Made by a program: the position numbers and the translations under genes. DNA of 64,000 nt, from IMG/VR virus record IMGVR_UViG_3300020045_004648, positions 20,369-84,368 of that record; one strand, given 5' to 3'. Shown here in pieces: positions 8,637 to 17,956 of the stretch. Positions within the stretch are counted from its first letter, which is position 1. Every line of letters begins with the position of its first letter. Source of the DNA: a virus. Lineage: Duplodnaviria; Caudoviricetes. The notes beneath the pieces were generated by a model. That model was given only the letters and a program-made list of their open reading frames with translations. It made no database searches and had not been told where the DNA came from.

Positions 8637-8987
8637 ATGCTAACAGTACAAAATTGGCTTGACGCTGGCTATAAGCGTTATGACGGTAAGAATCTAAATC
8701 ACGCAGATTTCCTCTTGCAGAAACGTTTTGATGATACCGAAGGTAAGAAGTATTTCCTTGACGTATGGGCTTATGACAACAGAAAATTTGAGTTCTATAG
8801 GAATAATCCTGAGTTATCTGCTTGGAGTTATCAGCCTGAAGTGCAGTTTCAAAGACGAGATGATATTACTTTAAATATTACTCTATTGATAAATGAAAGT
8901 AGTACTATTCAGGAGATTGAACAAGAAGTTGAGAAACTGTGGTTGTTTTTGGAGAAACCTTATTATGAGAGATTCAACGAATGTTGA
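8637..8987 (+). CDS. Hypothetical protein
   Basis: AAGGA SD. Confidence 0.65.
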   Translation: MLTVQNWLDAGYKRYDGKNLNHADFLLQKRFDDTEGKKYFLDVWAYDNRKFEFYRNNPELSAWSYQPEVQFQRRDDITLNITLLINESSTIQEIEQEVEKLWLFLEKPYYERFNEC

Positions 8988-9023
8988 ATCAAACAAGTGA
9001 AACAGAGAAATGGATTGGATAAT

Positions 9024-9266
9024 ATGACAGTCAAAGTAAAAATCAAAGGTGATAAGATTAAAGTTCAAGCAGGAGAAGGATACTCTCATTTTGTAGAAGA
9101 CTTAATGCTCCTTAAGGATAACGGTAATGGATACTATGTAAAGACTAAGAGTTATACATCGGTTAATCCTGATCATACATTTAACTTGGATTATTCCGAA
9201 CTTGAGTATCTGTACTTTGCTTACAAGGCTATTCTGGAGAAAGAAGGTAAAAATGAAGAATCTTGA
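9024..9266 (+). CDS. Hypothetical protein
   Basis: ORF in the array; start uncertain. Confidence 0.6.
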   Translation: MTVKVKIKGDKIKVQAGEGYSHFVEDLMLLKDNGNGYYVKTKSYTSVNPDHTFNLDYSELEYLYFAYKAILEKEGKNEES

Positions 9267-9600
9267 AATCTACGATAATATATTCTACGTACTAAGCAGT
9301 GCTGCATATACTTTCGATAACCTTGATTTTATTCTTACATGTAGTGCTTGTCCTGAACAATACGATGTAGTCTTGGTTAAGGATTATAAACGCTATCAAG
9401 TAGGGTATGTTCGTCTACGTGGTGGAAGGCTCAGTGTGGAGTGCCCTGGTGTGTTCGGAGAAGAAGTCTACTCTTGTATTTTTGATGATGCTTGGAAGGG
9501 GTGCTTTGATGATGAAGAGGAGCGGTTAGAGTATTTGGAGAATGCAGCAGAAGCTATTCAGGAGTGGTTGAAAGGAGAGGATTATGAGTATTGCAGCTAA
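9253..9600 (+). CDS. Hypothetical protein
   Basis: GAAGG SD before ATG 9253. Confidence 0.65.
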   Translation: MKNLEIYDNIFYVLSSAAYTFDNLDFILTCSACPEQYDVVLVKDYKRYQVGYVRLRGGRLSVECPGVFGEEVYSCIFDDAWKGCFDDEEERLEYLENAAEAIQEWLKGEDYEYCS

Positions 9601-9868
9601 ACTAATATATGGGATTCGCTACAAATATCTACCAGAAGAAATAAAAGGTACAGTACAATATATGGTGGATAACGGTGAACTAGACTACGCCAGCCCTTAC
9701 TATGATTCAGAGATTGATTCCTGGATTGTTGGGGTGGAGATTCCTTGCCGGGGTAAGGATCAGTATGTTCTCGGGTGTGAAGTAAATCATGTAGATGATA
9801 CTATACCAGACATTCTTCGTAGGGATGATATTGAATTGTGGATGTATGTTACACCGCATGTGAGTTAG
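9584..9868 (+). CDS. Hypothetical protein
   Basis: GAGG SD. Confidence 0.65.
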   Translation: MSIAAKLIYGIRYKYLPEEIKGTVQYMVDNGELDYASPYYDSEIDSWIVGVEIPCRGKDQYVLGCEVNHVDDTIPDILRRDDIELWMYVTPHVS

Positions 9869-9876
9869 GGGGTTTA

Positions 9877-11529
9877 ATGAGTTATGATCGAAAGTTCAAC
9901 GAAAGGAGTGCAGTGCAAAAAACTACACCAAAAGAAACAGTAAAAGAAGTTCTCAAGTACCCGTTTGTAGAAGCGAAGGATCGTAAGGTTCGTAAGGAGA
10001 CTTGTGAACGCTTTGGCATCCGTGCAGCTTTATCTGAGAAAGATGGGAAGACTGTAGAGGCTTATTACTTTCCTTCTTATAATCAAAAGGGACAAGTTGT
10101 TGGCTTCATGAAGCAGGACATTACAAAGGGTAAAGAGGAAGATGGTCACTGGACAGCAGTAGGTTCTGTAAATATCCAGAATAAGCTCTTCGGTCAGGAT
10201 GTGGCTGAAAGTATTAACCGCAAGCGTGTTAACCTAGTTTGCACTGAAGGGGCCTGGGATTGTGCTAGCACATTTCAAGCACTTGTAGATAGTGTAAAGG
10301 GTACTAAGTACGAAGGTATGGAACCTCAAGTAGTTTCTATCCCTTTGGGCACAAAGAACGCAGTAGAAGCTATCCTTCACAATGAAGCCTACGTGACATC
10401 TCACGACGCTCTGACTATTTATTTTGATGATGATCACTGCACACCAGCAGAGACTAAGAAAGGCATCATGAAAGGCCATGAGGCTCGGGAGGCTGTGGCA
10501 GGGGCTTTGATTGATTCTGGGTTATCTATGATGACTGTAACGGCTCAAGATGGCTTTAAGGATGCTTCTGATTATTTGCAAGCTGGGAAATCTTCTGAGT
10601 TGGCTAAACTGGTGCAGTTTGGGAAGAAGGTGTTTAGCACTGAGAAGATTGTACGGGCATCTGAGATTAGTTTTGATACGCTCATTGAAGAACAGCCAAA
10701 GGGTGTTATGATTGATTGCTTCCCAAAGCTGATGGAGAGGCTCTACGGGTTCCGCGAAAAGGAACTCACAATGATTCTTGCCCCGGTAGGCGTCGGAAAA
10801 TCAACTGTATGTTCTATTCTTGCGGACAATTTCATGAAAGCAGGCCACAAGGTTGGGATGATCTTCCTAGAGGAAGGTAACAAGGATACTTTTCAGCGAT
10901 TGATTGCAGCAGAGCTGAAAGTTAATTATTTAAAGTTTAAACGAAACCCCCTCTCTGTATCTTCACGGGAAGCAATCAAGGAAGTTTACGATAAGATTAC
11001 GGGTAATAATCAACTTGTGCTTTTAGACCACTTCGGAAGTATGCCAATTGATAGCTTGATGTCTAAAGTCAAGCACATGGTTCTTGTAGAAGGTTGTAAG
11101 TACATTCTACTGGATCATCTTTCGATGGTCGTGTCCGGGAATGAAGTAGAAAACGAACGAAAAGAGTTGGACATGGTGATGACTGCACTTGCAAGTTTCT
11201 GTGCGGCCAACTCGGTCCACTTGATAGTTGTGTGTCACATTAATAGAACGGACTCTGCACAATTTCTTCCACCAAAAGGAAAAGAAGGAGAACCATTCTG
11301 GGTTAATGTGCGTAAAGAATCTGCACGGGGTAGCGCAGCGTTGGAGCAATGTAGTTGGAATATTTTAGGTATTGAACCTGAAATTCTTCCTGACTTCTCA
11401 CGAGGACGTGTTAGAATTAAAGTTCTGAAAACCCGGTTTGGGGATTCTTTAGGGATCGCGGATGTTTTCACGCTTAATCCAGATACATGGGAAGTGGTAT
11501 TGGATGATGGAGGTTCTGATAATTTTTAA
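9877..11529 (+). CDS. Primase/helicase, T7 gp4-like (TOPRIM plus SF4 helicase)
   Basis: TEGAWD, YFDDD, KDASD primase motifs; Walker A APVGVGKST; ILLDHL; RGSAALEQ; LKTRFG. Confidence 0.9.
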   Translation: MSYDRKFNERSAVQKTTPKETVKEVLKYPFVEAKDRKVRKETCERFGIRAALSEKDGKTVEAYYFPSYNQKGQVVGFMKQDITKGKEEDGHWTAVGSVNIQNKLFGQDVAESINRKRVNLVCTEGAWDCASTFQALVDSVKGTKYEGMEPQVVSIPLGTKNAVEAILHNEAYVTSHDALTIYFDDDHCTPAETKKGIMKGHEAREAVAGALIDSGLSMMTVTAQDGFKDASDYLQAGKSSELAKLVQFGKKVFSTEKIVRASEISFDTLIEEQPKGVMIDCFPKLMERLYGFREKELTMILAPVGVGKSTVCSILADNFMKAGHKVGMIFLEEGNKDTFQRLIAAELKVNYLKFKRNPLSVSSREAIKEVYDKITGNNQLVLLDHFGSMPIDSLMSKVKHMVLVEGCKYILLDHLSMVVSGNEVENERKELDMVMTALASFCAANSVHLIVVCHINRTDSAQFLPPKGKEGEPFWVNVRKESARGSAALEQCSWNILGIEPEILPDFSRGRVRIKVLKTRFGDSLGIADVFTLNPDTWEVVLDDGGSDNF

Positions 11530-11541
11530 AAAGGAATTTAG

Positions 11542-13773
11542 ATGGACATGAATGAAACTGTAGATATTGTGCATGATGCAGAAGCCTCTGGGCTTTTGGA
11601 TGATAGTACAGTAGACTACACAGCAAGTCCTTGGAAACTCAAGGACTCTTTTAAGATGCACATCGTGTCTGTTCAAGAGTTTCCAAGTCAAGAGTTTATT
11701 GCATTTTACGATGGTCCTAAAATTATTCTAGACGGAAGAACTCACAGTCAAGAAATTGAAGGCGTGGAATACAGGCTGGAGGATTACGAGCCGTTGGAAT
11801 ACAAGCATTTTCCACTTGCAAAGTTTAAGGATTACATCAAGAAGCGAAAGATTAATAAAGCTATTGCACACAATGGCATCAACTATGACTTGCTTGCGTA
11901 TAAGGCTTACTTTGGTCTTGACTATTCCGTACGGGAAGAAGGCGATACGTGGGCAGGTAATATTGTGGAACACGTTGACACAATGATCCTTTCAAAAGTA
12001 CTTAATCCAGATCGTATCGGTGGGCATAGTCTTGAGAATGTAGCCAAGCAGGCAGGAGGTGTGCAGAAGAAAGAGTTTCGTTATGGAATGTCTAAAGACC
12101 TTCGGTTTAAGCACTTTGCTGCGGACATGTTGCATTACAATCTGTTTGATTTGAAGTCTAATAAGTCCGTCTATAGCTACTTGATGAAGGAAAAGGGTAA
12201 TCATGATTGGAGTAGTGCTATCACTACAGAGAAGTGCATTGCCGATATCATTACGCGACAAGCCCACCGGGGGTTTGCTTTTGATGCAGAACTTGCGGAA
12301 AAGAATGTTAAAGAACTTGATGTAATGATGCATGAGGCACGTATTAAGGTTGAACCTATTCTTCCACCTAAGACTGCTACCAAGGGGTTCATGAAGGACT
12401 TCACGCCTCCAAAGAATCAATACAAGAAGGATGGTTCTTTGTCACATCACATGGAGAACTTCATTGAGAAGTTGCAAGCTAAGAAGATTGAGCAAGATGG
12501 TAAGGTTATTGGTATTGAATTCCAAGGTAAGACTTATGAACTTCCATTAGAAGAAGGAAAAGCCTTAGTAACAGAAGTCCCTGCTACCTTAAATGATACT
12601 ACTCACATCAAAGAGTGGTTGGTTAGTCTAGGATGGTCGCCATCAGAGTACAAGGAAAAAGACCTAACCCTGAAGACTGGAACTAAGATTAAACTAACAC
12701 AAGAGGAGTATACCAAGACGGTAGATAAGTACGTAGAACAGACTTTGAACTCTAGCCTCATGGAAGATCGTTGTGAGTTCTTAGAATGTACCCCTCGTAC
12801 CCTAAAAAGTAAATTACTTTCTGTTAAGAATGGTAGGGGTATGAGGGTACGTACTAATCCTAGTTTTACTAAAGGCCAGGACAAGGAAATGTGTACGCAC
12901 CTTGAGGCACTTGGAGAGAAGTTCCCGTTTGCTACTGATATTGTGAAATACTTGACGTATAAGCATAGGCGTAATTCTATCCTTGGGGGTGGTGCTGATT
13001 GGGACGATGAGGAAGATGCTGAGAAGGGCTTTATATCTGCTGTAAGGGCAGACGGACGAATCCCAACTCCAGCGGATACTTGTGGATGTGCTACCTCACG
13101 CATGAAGCACAAATTAGTAGCAAACATTGCTCGTGTAACTTCCCTTTATGGGGAGCCTATGAGGGCTATGTTTATGGCTGATCCAGAAGATTGCTACCAG
13201 ATTGGTTACGATTTTGCTAGTCTTGAGGCTGTTATTGAAGCGCACTATTGTTTTAAGTATGAAAGTCCTAATGAAGAAGGCACTAGAGAGTATTGCACAT
13301 CTCTTCTACAAGAAAAGCCTAATGATGTTCATACTAAGATGAGCCAGAAGATTTCAGGGATCATTGGAAGTAAGTTTGAACGTGGCCCTGCAAAGAGCGT
13401 AAAATATGGTTGTACCTATGGGGCACAAGCAGCTAAGGTTGCTAAGACAATTGGTTCAGATTTGCAGGTAGGTCAGCAAGTCTTTGATGCCTTCTGGCAA
13501 GCTGCAGCACCACTAAAGAGACTAAAAGATGCCTTGCAAAAGCACTGGGAGAGTAACGATAAAAAGTACATCCTTACTATGGATAATAGAAAGGTTCCTA
13601 CTCGTGCTGCACATGCCATCTTAAATAGTTTATTTCAGTCTGCTGGTGTTATTTGTGCAAAGAAGACGATGATTATCTGGGAGCGGAAGATGCGAGAGCA
13701 TGGACTACTAGTAGACTTCTGGACGGAGGATTGGAAGAACAAGTTGTGGGCACAACAGATGATAGCCTACCAT
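11542..13773 (+). CDS. polA: DNA polymerase family A, exon 1
   Basis: Exo motifs DAEA, HNGINYD; motif A GYDFASLE; motif B RGPAKSVKYG; ends at ...MIAYH, the first half of motif C. Confidence 0.92.
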
Positions 13774-14036
13774 AAATAATTGTGGCTTTGTATCGTGAGG
13801 TACATCGAAAAATCTTTTTAATTGCTGGAAAACTAAGGGCGAAAGCCTATGTCAATCAGCAGGGAAGCCTAGAAATAGGAACCTTCAGAGACTATCCCGA
13901 GAGGGAGTAGGTTGCAAGTGCAATCGAAATGGAAGAGGTCTTACTAAGTAAGATCGTGAGATAGTCCGATCCTGCGGGAAACCGTAAGGCTGCAAGTAAA
14001 GTTGCGGGAGAGATTAACGAACTCTCTGAACTGTTG
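13774..14036 (+). mobile_element. Group I intron (IA2-like), 263 nt, no internal ORF
   Basis: 5' exon ends in U within P1 (CCAUAA/UUGUGG, U-G pair); P AATTGCTGGAAA, Q AATCAGCAGG, R TCAGAGACTA, S GAGATAGTCC; two extra P7 stems; P9 GAAA loop; terminal G; splicing restores YH-DE. Confidence 0.93.
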
Positions 14037-14312
14037 GATGAGGCGCAAATCGAAGTGTCCAAGAAGTTGGTGAAATTTAAAACTTTTGCCAGCAAGGAAG
14101 AATGTAACGAGTTCCGAAAGGAACAATATGAGACTAATGGGTTAATTTGGGCTGAGACTCATGAAAGTCCAAAAGGTGGTTGGTTCACAGCCTATAGTTT
14201 ACCTGGGCAATTAGTAGTAGAGGCTGTAAGAGAGACAACGGAGTTTTATAAACTAAATTGTCCTTTATCCGCTGATTATGTTTTGGGAACCAGTTGGGCA
14301 AATTGCCATTAA
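14037..14312 (+). CDS. polA: DNA polymerase family A, exon 2 (spliced product 835 aa)
   Basis: Begins DEAQIEV, completing motif C; ends CPLSADYVLGTSWANCH, a typical PolA C-terminus. Confidence 0.92.
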   Translation, partial: DEAQIEVSKKLVKFKTFASKEECNEFRKEQYETNGLIWAETHESPKGGWFTAYSLPGQLVVEAVRETTEFYKLNCPLSADYVLGTSWANCH

Positions 14313-14326
14313 TAAAAAGGAAAAAG

Positions 14327-14908
14327 ATGAAACAAATAATTTTTAAAGGTAGAGTTGTAGATAAGTGGATCACTAAGGAGGGTAAAGTCCTAGACGCAGA
14401 AGGGGCGGAAATGCTACTGTCTGATAATGGAATGGGCTATCTATCTGCGTATCTTTACCCATATAAGAAGGATGGTGTGTGCAAAAGTCAGAGGGAGTAT
14501 GTGCATCGCTTAGTCGCAATGATGTTTCTTGAAAATCCAGAAAACTTGCCACAAGTAAACCACATAGATTGTGATAAATCTAACAATCATGTTGATAATT
14601 TAGAATGGGCAAGTAAACCATACAACATTGCAGAGGCACACAAAAATGGAAGAATGCAAAAGCGTTATGATGTTGGTCCTGTGGTATACTTAACACCAGA
14701 AGAAGTCAGAGATGTCTACACTTCTGTGGTCACTGGTAAAGAGGGCATATCTGAAGTAGGTAGACGGATTGGACGTTCACGTACTACAATCAGTAGTATT
14801 ATCAATAAGAGAAGCAGGAGGGACATCACTGACTTGATTGACAAGGAACTAAACTTATGCAAAAACCTTTCAAATACCTATACAACAACAAGTTTTCCTG
14901 TATACTAA
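14327..14908 (+). CDS. Free-standing HNH homing endonuclease (I-HmuI-like core)
   Basis: YVHRLVAMMF...VNHIDCDKSNNHVDNLEW; C-terminal HTH-like segment. Confidence 0.88.
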   Translation: MKQIIFKGRVVDKWITKEGKVLDAEGAEMLLSDNGMGYLSAYLYPYKKDGVCKSQREYVHRLVAMMFLENPENLPQVNHIDCDKSNNHVDNLEWASKPYNIAEAHKNGRMQKRYDVGPVVYLTPEEVRDVYTSVVTGKEGISEVGRRIGRSRTTISSIINKRSRRDITDLIDKELNLCKNLSNTYTTTSFPVY

Positions 14909-15028
14909 AGATAACTCAATCAGGGGAAATCGTCCAACGTTTCTTCATTCAGAGATGTGACCTGATGGCTCTAGCCTTGGTTTGCTGGGATAATTCAATT
15001 GATAAACTTAATTTAGAAATGGAATAAA

Positions 15029-15226
15029 ATGATTTGGGAAAAGACTGACTATGACGATAAATACCATCACTCTATTTGGTTTGCTCAATCTTCAAAGAGT
15101 GCTAATGATTGGATTCCTCCTGTTGAAGTGAGGTTCTCTGCAAGCACACTTGAAGGTTTACTGTCCCGCAGGCAAGAAATAATCAATAAAAAACTGAAAA
15201 GCTTTAAAATAGGAGTATGCGCATGA
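15029..15226 (+). CDS. Hypothetical protein
   Basis: ORF in the array. Confidence 0.55.
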   Translation: MIWEKTDYDDKYHHSIWFAQSSKSANDWIPPVEVRFSASTLEGLLSRRQEIINKKLKSFKIGVCA

Positions 15227-15576
15227 AAGATGTACTACAAAGAGAAGTCCAAGTTGGACATTACATCTGCTATGCTCTTACCGTTGGACGATCAGCGAAT
15301 CTTGCTGTATACCAAGTGAAGGAAGTACTTAAGGATAAGATTAAGGCTACTAAACTTGAATCATCTTATGGACATTGGGCCGATGGTATACATACATTTG
15401 CGTCTGGATTAACAGTTCCTTGGAAGTACATAAAGTGGGACAAGAAGCTTGAAGCGCATCTTGAAATGACTGAAGAAGAAAAAGATAAGGTCAATAACAA
15501 GACTTCAACTCTTTCTATGCCAGAGAGGATTTTTATTCTTGATGGGTTTACGCCGCAACTGTTTGAAAAGGAATAA
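15217..15576 (+). CDS. Hypothetical protein
   Basis: AGGAG SD. Confidence 0.65.
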   Translation: MRMKDVLQREVQVGHYICYALTVGRSANLAVYQVKEVLKDKIKATKLESSYGHWADGIHTFASGLTVPWKYIKWDKKLEAHLEMTEEEKDKVNNKTSTLSMPERIFILDGFTPQLFEKE

Positions 15577-15578
15577 TT

Positions 15579-15893
15579 ATGTCAGATACTAATGCTAAAG
15601 ATGAATTTATTAAACACGTTAAAGACCGAAAGATTCTTTGTGCTAAAGTCTCTCATGGAAGTGAGTGTGAGGAGTACGGTACTAAGTTCTTGCTTAAACA
15701 GGGTTATACCGGAACTGAATACCGGAGTTTTCTAAGGAAGTTAGACTTTGACTATGACTCAGGTTTTGGTGGTCAAGAACTCTACGGTTTAATTTGGTAC
15801 ACAGATGGAACTTGGAGTTCTCGTGGTGAGTATGATGGCTCTGAGTGGTGGGATTACAAACGTGTGCCGGACGTTCCAGAAGAGTTGAAATAA
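15579..15893 (+). CDS. Hypothetical phage protein
   Basis: AAGGA SD; YDSGFGGQELYG...RGEYDGSEWW. Confidence 0.7.
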   Translation: MSDTNAKDEFIKHVKDRKILCAKVSHGSECEEYGTKFLLKQGYTGTEYRSFLRKLDFDYDSGFGGQELYGLIWYTDGTWSSRGEYDGSEWWDYKRVPDVPEELK

Positions 15894-16063
15894 TGTCATT
15901 AGCATGTCTCCCTTGGTGGGTTTATGAAGTAGAATACGAAGAACATGAAGCAAGGATTCTAGGTGCTTTTGAAGAAGAACTTCAAGCGGGTTATGTAAGG
16001 AGTTTACCTATGTATGTTGTGGAAATGATACAAAGAGAGAAAAAGGAGAATACCGATGAGTAA
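15893..16063 (+). CDS. Hypothetical protein
   Basis: TAATG overlap with the upstream gene. Confidence 0.5.
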   Translation: MSLACLPWWVYEVEYEEHEARILGAFEEELQAGYVRSLPMYVVEMIQREKKENTDE

Positions 16064-16115
16064 AGTTACAAAATCTGTGCTATAATTCGGTTTAACAAAC
16101 ACGAAAGGAAATAAG

Positions 16116-16367
16116 ATGAAACAATTGTTAGTTATCGCAGCTATTGCGCTACTCTCTGCTGGTTGTACACAACCTGATCACGCTCTAAAAGTTCTTGAAT
16201 CACAAGGTTATACAGACATTCGTATGGGCGGGTATGACTGGTTGAACTGCTCAAAAGATGATACGTACCACGACAAATTTACAGCAAAAGGACCAACTGG
16301 TAAGGAAGTGTCTGGTGTAGTTTGTGCTGGGTTGTTCTTTAGGGGTTCGACTGTTCGGCTTGACTGA
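16116..16367 (+). CDS. Putative lipoprotein
   Basis: MKQLLVIAAIALLSAG-C lipobox; two further Cys. Confidence 0.75.
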   Translation: MKQLLVIAAIALLSAGCTQPDHALKVLESQGYTDIRMGGYDWLNCSKDDTYHDKFTAKGPTGKEVSGVVCAGLFFRGSTVRLD

Positions 16368-16386
16368 AATAAGACTATATTTAAAT

Positions 16387-16503
16387 GCTTCGGAGTCATT
16401 CTCCGATAATCTCGGAAGTCGTAACGACATCAGGAAAAACGAGTTGAACCAATAGGCCCTTTGACTCAAGATTAAGTTCTTAGAATACAGGGGTAAATCC
16501 TGA
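16387..16503 (+). ncRNA. Candidate structured, possibly pseudoknotted, RNA upstream of the tRNA mimic
   Basis: CGGAG/CTCCG, GTCG/CGAC, TCAGGA/TCCTGA, GAGTT/GACTC; loop CCCT complementary to AGGG. Confidence 0.4.
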
Positions 16504-16512
16504 CCATTTTTA

Positions 16513-16598
16513 GCAAGTGTGGTGGAATTGGTAGACATACGGTGAAATCCCGTCCGAGTAAAACTCGGTTGAAGGTTCAAGTCCTTCCGCTTGCACCA
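16513..16598 (+). tRNA. Leu-type tRNA-like RNA with an abnormal 13-nt anticodon arm
   Basis: GCAAGTG/CGCTTGC acceptor stem, GGAATTGGTAGAC D-loop, long variable arm CCGAG/CTCGG, GAAGG-TTCAAGT-CCTTC T-arm, A73 and CCA; anticodon arm is CGG-TGAAATC-CCG. Confidence 0.8.
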
Positions 16599-16707
16599 AG
16601 TTTCCTATTTAGTTAGAAATTTATGTAGTTAGTCCTTCTACTGTAAAGAGGACAAAGCAGTTATGAACGTTCTGCGGTAAAAACGTGCTTAACTTAAAGG
16701 AGAAAAT

Positions 16708-17730
16708 ATGTTTGAAGTTTATGGTGCAGCACAGAGTGCGGGTAAGAAGCAATCTAATGTTGACTGGGATGCTTATCATCAGTACATCATTGAGACAGCT
16801 AATCTGGAAAACAGGGAAGTGATGCAAGGTGTGATTACTTTCATGGCCGATCTGGGTGTACAAAAACAACCAGATGCAGAGTTTGTATTCACTGGCGATG
16901 AAGATGATGAAGCACTTGAGATTGAAAAGAATCCAGGGACTTATTTCAAGACTCAATTGAATCAAGAAACAAAGAAGATGGCACGGTTTAAGTGCTACCC
17001 TCAGAAGCCCATTCAAGCTGTTGCTATTGCAGTGGACTTCCCTGAGATTCAGCTTGATCATGGGCAGTTCTTTGGCGATACCTCTGGTCAAACAAAACCC
17101 TTGCGGATGTGGCTTGGGGGTAATTTCTATCAAGAGAACTTGGGAATGATTGTCGCACGACCAATGTTTCTGAAGGCCAATAAGAAACTTGGTAATTGGT
17201 CATTTGATCAAAAGAGCGTACCGTATCAAATTGCAGTGGCCTCTAAGATCATCAAACCGGGGGAAGTGTTTGATACTAAGCGTATCGGTGAGATTCTTGG
17301 TAAGACAGTGAATTGGACTGTTCAGGTGTACAATAAAGAAGCTAAAGGAAACAAGAGCTACTTTACTGAATACATCAAGTTTGCAAGCGGTTTGTCTCGT
17401 GGTCAGAAAGAAATTGATTACGAAGGTAAGTTGCATGTAACTGGTTTCAATCGTGATAATGACGAAGACTCCTTGAAGGAACTTCGTAATCACATTCGAA
17501 ACACCATGAAGGATGCATCTAACTACGAAGGCAGCAAGATTCAAAAACAACTTGATTCTTTGTATGACAACAGTCAACGGGATACACCTCAAGATGATGA
17601 TTCTGATGGTGCAGATGATGGTAATGGTGGTGAAGTGAAAGTGCCAGAGAAAGCAAAGGCTAAGGTTGTTCCGAAGAAGGCAGCACCCAAACCTACCTTT
17701 GATGACATGGACGATGACCTGCCGTTCTGA
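16708..17730 (+). CDS. Putative single-stranded DNA-binding/annealing protein
   Basis: AAGGAG SD; acidic tail ending DDMDDDLPF; in the replication module. Confidence 0.6.
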   Translation: MFEVYGAAQSAGKKQSNVDWDAYHQYIIETANLENREVMQGVITFMADLGVQKQPDAEFVFTGDEDDEALEIEKNPGTYFKTQLNQETKKMARFKCYPQKPIQAVAIAVDFPEIQLDHGQFFGDTSGQTKPLRMWLGGNFYQENLGMIVARPMFLKANKKLGNWSFDQKSVPYQIAVASKIIKPGEVFDTKRIGEILGKTVNWTVQVYNKEAKGNKSYFTEYIKFASGLSRGQKEIDYEGKLHVTGFNRDNDEDSLKELRNHIRNTMKDASNYEGSKIQKQLDSLYDNSQRDTPQDDDSDGADDGNGGEVKVPEKAKAKVVPKKAAPKPTFDDMDDDLPF

Positions 17731-17834
17731 TCTGATTTAAACGCCCTCAGTTAGACTTTCTAGGTTCAAGGTACGCACCCTTAGCCTAGATCGTTTAGGG
17801 GGCTTACAACAGGCTCTAGGGCCTTTAGATTGAC

Positions 17835-17909
17835 TCCCGATTCTTCTAACGGAAAAGAAACCCCTCTTCTAAAGGGGCAATGTTTGTTCGATTCAAACAT
17901 CGGGAACCA
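17835..17909 (+). tRNA. tRNA-Arg(UCU)
   Basis: TCCCGAT/ATCGGGA, TTCT/AGAA, CCCCT-CTTCTAA-AGGGG, GTTTG-TTCGATT-CAAAC, encoded CCA. Confidence 0.92.
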
Positions 17910-17956
17910 ATATAAGGGTCTTAGAGTAAATGAATAATTTTTGTAAAGGAGATTTT

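Noticed and set aside
12603-13127. Long antisense and alternate-frame ORFs (for example 12603..13127 -, 11992..12420 -, 46649..47383 +, 31978..32535 +, 62492..63094 -)
   Set aside because: Shadows of well-supported genes, with no SD or recognisable motifs; only the embedded o-spanin has positive evidence.
13777-13779. Premature TAA in polA as a pseudogene or stop-codon recoding
   Set aside because: The stop lies inside the group I intron; splicing restores the frame, and other genes read normally in code 11.
14919-14975. GAAA...CTGATGG with an ATCAGG/CCTGAT stem, resembling a hammerhead ribozyme
   Set aside because: Core is CUGAUGG, not CUGANGA, and stem III with the UH site does not form properly.
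17734-17822. CTAG-rich hairpin tract after the SSB-like gene, with a similar-looking tract at 29075-29145
   Set aside because: No clear shared consensus; most simply terminator or tRNA-leader structure.
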